A DNA stretch of 64,000 nt, taken from the NCBI GenBank assembly GCA_009924455.1, contig RFRO01000001.1:1145-65144 (forward strand). Reading direction: 5' to 3'. The notes under the pieces are model-generated. The model ran no database searches. It was not told the DNA's origin and saw only the letters and a program-made list of their open reading frames with translations. Shown piece by piece: positions 58,106-64,000 of this stretch. The position numbers and the translations under genes were made by a program. The DNA comes from Betaproteobacteria bacterium. Its GTDB lineage: Bacteria > Pseudomonadota > Gammaproteobacteria > Burkholderiales > Burkholderiaceae_C. The stretch's first letter is position 1, and each line of letters begins with the position of its first letter.

Positions 58106-60355
58106 GCTGCGCCGTGTACCCGCCAGATTGCGCCATAAGGGCGTGTAGGTGTCATCTGCCGGAAAAACGGCCACGCCGTCGGCGGGCAGGGCGCTGATCA
58201 CCGATCCGTTTTCAGCCGCGACTGCATCCACCGTGTGCATGAATTCCAAATGCTCGCGCTGCGCGTTGTTCACCAGCGCCACGGTGGGTTGTGCCACCGC
58301 GCTCAGCTGGGCAATCTCGCCGGGGTGGTTCATACCGAGTTCGACCACGCCGATGCGGTGCTCACTGCGCAGGCGCAAGACGGTCAGCGGTACGCCGATG
58401 TGGTTATTCAAATTGCCCTGCGTGGCCAGCGCCGCGCCATCCGGCGCATGCACATGCAGGATGGCGGCAATCATTTGCGTGACCGTGGTTTTGCCATTGC
58501 TGCCCGTTACGCCGATCAGGGGCAGGTGCCACTGCGCGCGCCAGTTGGTACCCAGCGCGATCAAGGCCTCTTGGGTGTCGGCGACCTCGATCCGTGGTAG
58601 TCCGCCCTCTGGCGCGCCGGGCTGGGGATGGCAGAGCACCGCCACCGCACCCTGGGCCAGAGCCTGCGGCAGAAACTGGTTGGCGTCAAATGTCTCGCCG
58701 CGTAAGGCCACGAACAGATCACCGGCCCGGGTGCTGCGGGTATCGGTGTGCACGCGCAGCCAGGAGACTTCCGGATTGGCGCTGAGGTGGCTGTGCGGAA
58801 TCAGTGCAGCGACGTGACCCAGCGTCATGCGGTCGGCGGCGCGTGCCTGCAGCGCTGCGCGCGCATGCACCCGGTCATCAAACGCGTGGCGCTGGCCACC
58901 CACTTCTTGGCTGGTCTCATGGCCCTTGCCCGCGATCAGGATGAGGTCCCGGTCATGCGCTTGCCGCACGGTGTTGGCGATCGCTGCGGCGCGGTTCACT
59001 TCGACCTGCCAGGCCGCAGAGGGTGTCAGTGGAGCAACCATCTGGGCCAGAATGCGCTGGGGGTCCTCTGTGCGCGGGTTGTCGCTGGTGAAGACCACGC
59101 GATCAGCCCCGTGCACGGCGGCTGCGCCCATGCGCGGGCGCTTGCCCGGGTCGCGGTCACCGCCGCAGCCCACTACACACCAGAGCCGTCCGCCACGGGC
59201 TTGCGCCAAGGGACCTAAGGCGGCCAGTGCCTGTTCCAGACCATCCGGTGTGTGGGCATAGTCCACCAGCACCAGCGGGTTGACACCTGCCGGCGCGGCA
59301 GGCTCCATGCGTCCGGGTGGTGCGTGCAATGCGTTGCATGCGGCGGCGGCCTGTGCCAGTGAGATTCCCTGGCTGCGCAAGGCGGCTATCACGCCCAGCA
59401 GATTGGCGACGTTGTAGGTGCCGGGTACGGTGCTGTGCACGGTCTGCAGTTGGTCTGCTTCGCGGACATCAAAGCGCATACCGTGATCGGTCGCACGGAC
59501 ATGGCACGCCTGTAAACGGGCTACAGGGTTGGCTTGGTCGCGGCTGGAGCAGGTCCACACGTCGAGCGGGCCGCCGCCCAATTCGGCAGCCAGGGCTGCG
59601 CCCCGTGCGTTGTCGATATTGAGCACTGCGCTGCGCAGGCCTGGCCACGCGAACAAGGCGCGCTTGGCGGCCCAGTAGGCGTCCATGGTCCCGTGGTAAT
59701 CCAGGTGATCCTGACTGAAATTGGTGAAGATGGCGCAATCAATCGCCAAGCCGTCCAGGCGGTGTTCCTGCAGGCCGATGGAAGACGCTTCGATGGCACA
59801 GCCGCTCGCGTGCTGCGCGGCAAAACCCTGCACGGCAGCGTGCACGGTCAGCGGGTCGGGCGTGGTCAAACCGGTTGACCGCAAAGTGCCCACATCGGCG
59901 GCACTGCCCGCGCCGATAAGGCCGCAGCCCAGCGTGCCGATGAAGCCTCCCTGCCGTGGCGAGCGCTCACCGGAGGCTGCTGCCAAGGCCTGCGCCAGCC
60001 ACCACGCTGTGGAGGTTTTGCCGTTCGTTCCGGTCACCGCAAAAACCGGAAGCTGCGCGCGGGCGGTACCAAAAAATTCCGCTGCGATCCAGCCCAGTTG
60101 GGCTTGCAAGCCTTGCAACGCTGCAACCGGCGCGTCAGCGAAATTCCAGGCTGCCACGCCCTGCGCTTCCACCAGGCACGCCACAGCACCGCGCTGTAGG
60201 GCATCCGCAACGTGGCGGCGTGCATCGGCGGCAGCACCGGGCCAGGCGACGAAGCCGTCACCGGGGCGCACCGCGCGGCTGTCGCTCACCAGGGAGCCGG
60301 TGACGCGGGCCTGCAACCAGGTCAAGGCGTCAACGGAGCGTGCCAACCGTTCCAT
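58061..60355 (-). CDS. murE: Bifunctional MurE-MurF fusion (complete MurE plus N-terminal MurF, truncated by the frameshift)
   Basis: MurE: GTNGKTS, DHLDYH, DYAHTPD, DNPR, GKGHE. Then in the same frame MurF: TDTR, GSNGKTT, GNLNNHIGVP, ELGMNH. Confidence 0.9.
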   Translation of the reverse strand: MERLARSVDALTWLQARVTGSLVSDSRAVRPGDGFVAWPGAAADARRHVADALQRGAVACLVEAQGVAAWNFADAPVAALQGLQAQLGWIAAEFFGTARAQLPVFAVTGTNGKTSTAWWLAQALAAASGERSPRQGGFIGTLGCGLIGAGSAADVGTLRSTGLTTPDPLTVHAAVQGFAAQHASGCAIEASSIGLQEHRLDGLAIDCAIFTNFSQDHLDYHGTMDAYWAAKRALFAWPGLRSAVLNIDNARGAALAAELGGGPLDVWTCSSRDQANPVARLQACHVRATDHGMRFDVREADQLQTVHSTVPGTYNVANLLGVIAALRSQGISLAQAAAACNALHAPPGRMEPAAPAGVNPLVLVDYAHTPDGLEQALAALGPLAQARGGRLWCVVGCGGDRDPGKRPRMGAAAVHGADRVVFTSDNPRTEDPQRILAQMVAPLTPSAAWQVEVNRAAAIANTVRQAHDRDLILIAGKGHETSQEVGGQRHAFDDRVHARAALQARAADRMTLGHVAALIPHSHLSANPEVSWLRVHTDTRSTRAGDLFVALRGETFDANQFLPQALAQGAVAVLCHPQPGAPEGGLPRIEVADTQEALIALGTNWRAQWHLPLIGVTGSNGKTTVTQMIAAILHVHAPDGAALATQGNLNNHIGVPLTVLRLRSEHRIGVVELGMNHPGEIAQLSAVAQPTVALVNNAQREHLEFMHTVDAVAAENGSVISALPADGVAVFPADDTYTPLWRNLAGTRRSVTFSDTPAAGVDTP

Positions 60356-62097
60356 CAAAAGCTCTCGTCTTCTGCAGCGGAAACGATTTGCGGACGTACC
60401 GTGATGTCGGGTTGCACGCCCATGATGCGCAGGCTGTGCTGCACCAGTTCGCTGAAGACGGGTGCCGCCACCTCGCCACCGAAATATTTGCCGGCGGTCG
60501 GCTCATCCAGCATCACGCCAACGATGATGCGGGGCTTGTCAATCGGGGCCATGCCGACAAACCAGCTGCGGTATTTGCGGTTGCCATCAGTGCCGTAGCC
60601 CTTGCCGATTTGCTTGTACGCAGTACCTGATTTACCGCCCACTGAGTACCCCATGGTTTGGGCTTTGGGGCCGGTTCCGCCGGGGCCTGCCGCCATGTGC
60701 AGCATTTTGCGGATCTTTGCGGCGGTTTCCGCTGAAAACACCGGTGCGCCCATTGCGGGGTTGTCGGTCTTCATGAGCGTTGCCGGGATGATCTGGCCGT
60801 TATGGGAGAAGACGGTGTAGGAACGCACCATCTGGAACAACGATGCCGACAGGCCGTATCCGTACGAGGCCGTGGCCTGCTCAATCGGCCGCCAGGTTTT
60901 GTACGGCCGCAGGCGCCCGGATACAGCGCCTTTGAACTCGATGTGGGGGCGTTCGCCAAATCCGGCCGCAGCGAAGGTGGTCCACATCTCGCTTGGCTGC
61001 AGCTGCATGGCGATTTTGGTGGTTCCGACATTGCTGGAAACCTGGATGATTTGTTCCACGCTCAGGGCTCCATGCGGGTGCGCGTCGCGGATCGTCACAC
61101 CGGTGATCGATACCGATCCAGGGGCCGTGTCGATCACCGTCTCGGGCTTGACACGTCCGGTTTCCAGGCCTATGCCGATGGTGAAAGGCTTCATCACCGA
61201 GCCCGGCTCAAACGTATCGGTCAGCGCCCGGTTGCGCAGTTGTTCGCCACTCAGGTTGGCGCGCTTTTGCGGGTTGTAACTGGGGTAGTTGGCCATGGCC
61301 AGCAATTCGCCGGTGTTGGCGTCAAGCACCACCACGCTGCCTGCATGCGCGCGGTTGTTGACCACGGCTTCTTTGAGTTTTTGGTAAGCGAAGAACTGAA
61401 TTTTGCTGTCAATACTCAGCTGCACGTCTTCGCCCGGCAGCGGCGGCACCACTGCGCCGACGTCCTCGACCACCCGTCCGCGTCCGTCCTTGATCACGTG
61501 GCGCAGGCCGGATTTGCCTGTGAGCGCCTGATTAAAGAAGAGTTCGACGCCCTCCTGACCTTTGTCCTCCACGTTGGTGAAACCAACGATGTGGGCAGCG
61601 GATTCGCCTTCCGGGTACTGGCGCAGGTAGTCGGCACTTTGGTGAATGCCTTTGAGCTCCAGCGCGCTGATGGCTTTGGCGGTGTCGCTGTCGACCTGGC
61701 GCTTCACCCAGACAAAGGTCTTGTCCTCATCCGCAAATTTCTTATTCAGGTCTTCGACCCGCATCTCCAGCAATTTGGCCAGTTCCTGCGACTGGGCTTG
61801 CGTCAGGTCCACATCTTCGGGAATCGCCCAGATGCTGGCTGCCGGCACGCTGGAGGCCAGAATCAGCCCGTTGCGGTCCAGCACCCGCCCGCGGTTAGCC
61901 GGCAATTCGATGGTGCGGGCAAAGCGCACCACGCCCTGGTGCTGGAAAAAGTCGTTGTTGAAAATCTGGATGTACGCGGCGCGCGCGCCCAGACCGGTAA
62001 AGCCCAGCGCAATCATGGCGACCACAAATTTGCTGCGCCAGACGGGGGTGCGGCTGGCCAGCAGCGGGCTGGAGGTGTATTGGATGCTGCGGCTCAT
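60355..62097 (-). CDS. ftsI: Peptidoglycan transpeptidase FtsI (PBP3)
   Basis: RGRVLDRNG, EPGSVMK, SSN, KSGT. Confidence 0.95.
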   Translation of the reverse strand: MSRSIQYTSSPLLASRTPVWRSKFVVAMIALGFTGLGARAAYIQIFNNDFFQHQGVVRFARTIELPANRGRVLDRNGLILASSVPAASIWAIPEDVDLTQAQSQELAKLLEMRVEDLNKKFADEDKTFVWVKRQVDSDTAKAISALELKGIHQSADYLRQYPEGESAAHIVGFTNVEDKGQEGVELFFNQALTGKSGLRHVIKDGRGRVVEDVGAVVPPLPGEDVQLSIDSKIQFFAYQKLKEAVVNNRAHAGSVVVLDANTGELLAMANYPSYNPQKRANLSGEQLRNRALTDTFEPGSVMKPFTIGIGLETGRVKPETVIDTAPGSVSITGVTIRDAHPHGALSVEQIIQVSSNVGTTKIAMQLQPSEMWTTFAAAGFGERPHIEFKGAVSGRLRPYKTWRPIEQATASYGYGLSASLFQMVRSYTVFSHNGQIIPATLMKTDNPAMGAPVFSAETAAKIRKMLHMAAGPGGTGPKAQTMGYSVGGKSGTAYKQIGKGYGTDGNRKYRSWFVGMAPIDKPRIIVGVMLDEPTAGKYFGGEVAAPVFSELVQHSLRIMGVQPDITVRPQIVSAAEDESF

Positions 62098-62396
62098 GGT
62101 TTTGCGGCCTGGGCAGACGGCGCTGTTTTGTCAGCGGGGAAGCCCATGTAGGTGGTGATACCGGGGTTGGGCTGGCGCATGTCCAGCTTTTCGCGCGCGA
62201 GCCGCTCGACCCGTCCGGGGCTTGCTTGCGCACGTTTTTCCACCTCCAGACGCTCGACATCCATGGCTAGGTGGCGGGCCTGCGAATGCGCTTTGTCCAG
62301 TTCTGAAAACAGGCGACGCGATTCGTACTGCACACGCACCAAATAGATGGCTGTGGCCACAACGGCCAGCAGCAACAAGGCATTGATACGCGTCAT
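62094..62396 (-). CDS. ftsL: Cell division protein FtsL
   Basis: TM plus coiled coil, [12 protein letters not shown]; position between rsmH and ftsI. Confidence 0.9.
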   Translation of the reverse strand: MTRINALLLLAVVATAIYLVRVQYESRRLFSELDKAHSQARHLAMDVERLEVEKRAQASPGRVERLAREKLDMRQPNPGITTYMGFPADKTAPSAQAAKP

Positions 62397-63340
62397 GCGT
62401 GCACCGCCTGCGGGGCGTGGGGTAGGCGTTGTGCGACCCGCATCACGGCACTGCGCGCGCGGGGGTTGGCCGCGATTTCTGAGGCGCAGGGTTTGCTGCG
62501 CCCCAGTGCCTTCAGGGCCATGGTCTTGGGCGCGGCAAACGGGTTGCGGCGGTCATAGACCTCGCGCGCATGTTCGGCAATGAACTGCTTCACGATCCGG
62601 TCTTCCAGCGAGTGGAAGCTGATGACCACCAGACGGCCGCCGGGTTTGAGCAGACGCAGTGCGGCACTCAGACCCTGCGTAAGCTCTTCCAGCTCGGCAT
62701 TGATGAAAATCCGGAGTGCCTGAAAGGTACGGGTGGCCGGGTTTTGGCCCTTTTCACGGGTTTTGACCGCAGCAGCCACGAGCGTGGCCAGTTCCGTGGT
62801 GCGGGTGATGGGTCCGTGTTCTGTGCGGCGCGCCACAATTGCTTTTGCAATCGCACCAGCAAACCGCTCCTCGCCATAGTCACGAATCACCTCCGTCAGG
62901 GTTTGGATATCGGCTTCTTGCAGCCACTGCGCGGCGCTCATGCCGCGTGTGGTGTCCATGCGCATATCGAGCGGGCCGTCAAAGCGGAAACTGAAGCCAC
63001 GCTCGGCGCTGTCGATTTGCGGCGAACTCACGCCCAGATCCATCAGCACGCCGTCCAGGCTGCCCGTTGCCAAGGCATCCATTTCAGAGAAGGGCTGTTG
63101 GCGAATAGAAAAACGCGAATCCTGCAGGGTTTGCGCGTGGGCAACGGCCTGCGGGTCACGGTCAAAGGCAATCAGCGTAGCGTCCGCAGGCAGGCGTTGC
63201 AGCAGCAGCGCAGAGTGGCCGCCGCGCCCGTAGGTCGCATCGACGAAACAGGCCAAGGAACCAACGCTGTCTCCCAACAGCGCATCCACCGCTTCCTGGA
63301 GCAACACCGTGGTGTGCGCGGGCTGCACGTCGGCTTCCAT
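62393..63340 (-). CDS. rsmH: 16S rRNA m4C1402 methyltransferase
   Basis: [40 protein letters not shown]. Confidence 0.96.
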   Translation of the reverse strand: MEADVQPAHTTVLLQEAVDALLGDSVGSLACFVDATYGRGGHSALLLQRLPADATLIAFDRDPQAVAHAQTLQDSRFSIRQQPFSEMDALATGSLDGVLMDLGVSSPQIDSAERGFSFRFDGPLDMRMDTTRGMSAAQWLQEADIQTLTEVIRDYGEERFAGAIAKAIVARRTEHGPITRTTELATLVAAAVKTREKGQNPATRTFQALRIFINAELEELTQGLSAALRLLKPGGRLVVISFHSLEDRIVKQFIAEHAREVYDRRNPFAAPKTMALKALGRSKPCASEIAANPRARSAVMRVAQRLPHAPQAVHA

Positions 63341-63768
63341 CAGAAGGAAAAATCTTTGAATACATCGGGCATCTCGCCCTGCATGGCCTGGGCTTCCTGG
63401 GCCTCGTAGGTGGCCCTATCCCACAGCTCGAAGTGGTTGCCCATGCCCAACAACACCGTCTCTTTGTCCAGTTTGGCGGCTGCGCGTAATTCGGGCGATA
63501 CCAACACCCGGCCGGTGCCGTCAATCTCGACGTCCATCGCATTGCCTAGCAGGATCCGCTTCCACCACTGCGCGGCCATGGGCAACTCGACGATGCGCTG
63601 GCGGAACTGCTCCCACGCCGGACGGGGGAACACCATCAGGCAACCGTGGGGGTGGCGGGTGATCGTCAGTTGCCCCGATGCCACGGCAGCCAGCACATCC
63701 CGATGCCGGGTCGGCACTGAAAGCCGACCTTTGTTATCGAGACTGAGTGAAGAAGCACCTTGGAACAC
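63340..63768 (-). CDS. mraZ: dcw cluster transcriptional repressor MraZ
   Basis: Two DxxGR motifs (DNKGR, DGTGR), 142 aa. Confidence 0.96.
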   Translation of the reverse strand: MFQGASSLSLDNKGRLSVPTRHRDVLAAVASGQLTITRHPHGCLMVFPRPAWEQFRQRIVELPMAAQWWKRILLGNAMDVEIDGTGRVLVSPELRAAAKLDKETVLLGMGNHFELWDRATYEAQEAQAMQGEMPDVFKDFSF

Positions 63769-63813
63769 TGCGCACGACCTGTTTTGTCAATCCAACCACG
63801 TAAGGGCAATTTA

Positions 63814-63850
63814 TGGGAATATTTCCCACGAAATGCGATTTTTTACCACT
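63814..63850 (-). promoter_or_regulatory. Putative MraZ operator repeats
   Basis: Minus-strand GTGGT (63849-45), degenerate middle unit and GTGGG (63829-25) at 10-bp periodicity. Confidence 0.55.
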
Positions 63851-63901
63851 GTATCAGGAAATTGACGGATTGCAACCGCCGGGCGCTAAAAATTTCAATT
63901 A

Positions 63902-63968
63902 AATCAAAGACTTAGAGGCGTATTCTGAGAAAATTTTAGTCAAAAATGCTATCTAAATGAAGTACTTA
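63902..63968 (+). promoter_or_regulatory. Putative IHF sites upstream of mraZ
   Basis: AATCAAAGACTTA (63902-14) fits WATCAANNNNTTR exactly; AATGAAGTACTTA (63956-68) has one mismatch. Confidence 0.5.
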
Positions 63969-64000
63969 GAGGTCACTATGAAGGTGATACTTCAAATAAT

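Overview
GC-rich, gene-dense chromosomal core region, most consistent with a Comamonadaceae-like Betaproteobacterium (inferred from gene order and protein style). In order it contains: hppA/ppa, a broken DUF482 GNAT-family gene, nadE-glnB, an ECF sigma-DUF3619-DUF3106-RDD operon, ilvIHC-pssA, pbpG, aat-bpt-IclR, tRNA-Pro and tRNA-Arg, murI, class I fumarase, acs, ilvD, lgt-matB-HD-GYP regulator-M14 amidase-CcoI-type ATPase, a Rieske oxygenase / cytoplasmic SBP-fold protein / desaturase-fold enzyme / BMP binding protein / dcd cluster, rhlE, apaH, a CBS-CorC protein, tldD, rodA, RNase II, TonB-like, mtgA, ruvC and the dcw cluster (lpxC to mraZ) with a MurE-MurF fusion. I saw no mobile elements, CRISPR arrays or rRNA. 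The best candidate for an undescribed system is 29.9-34.6 kb, a putative oxidative nucleobase/purine module whose BMP gene leader carries a terminator-like hairpin with a possible pseudoknot. Two reading-frame lesions are visible: a 41-bp tandem duplication in murF and a frameshift with apparent internal deletion in the GNAT gene; both may be assembly artefacts. All product calls come from recognising motifs by eye; no database searches were run.
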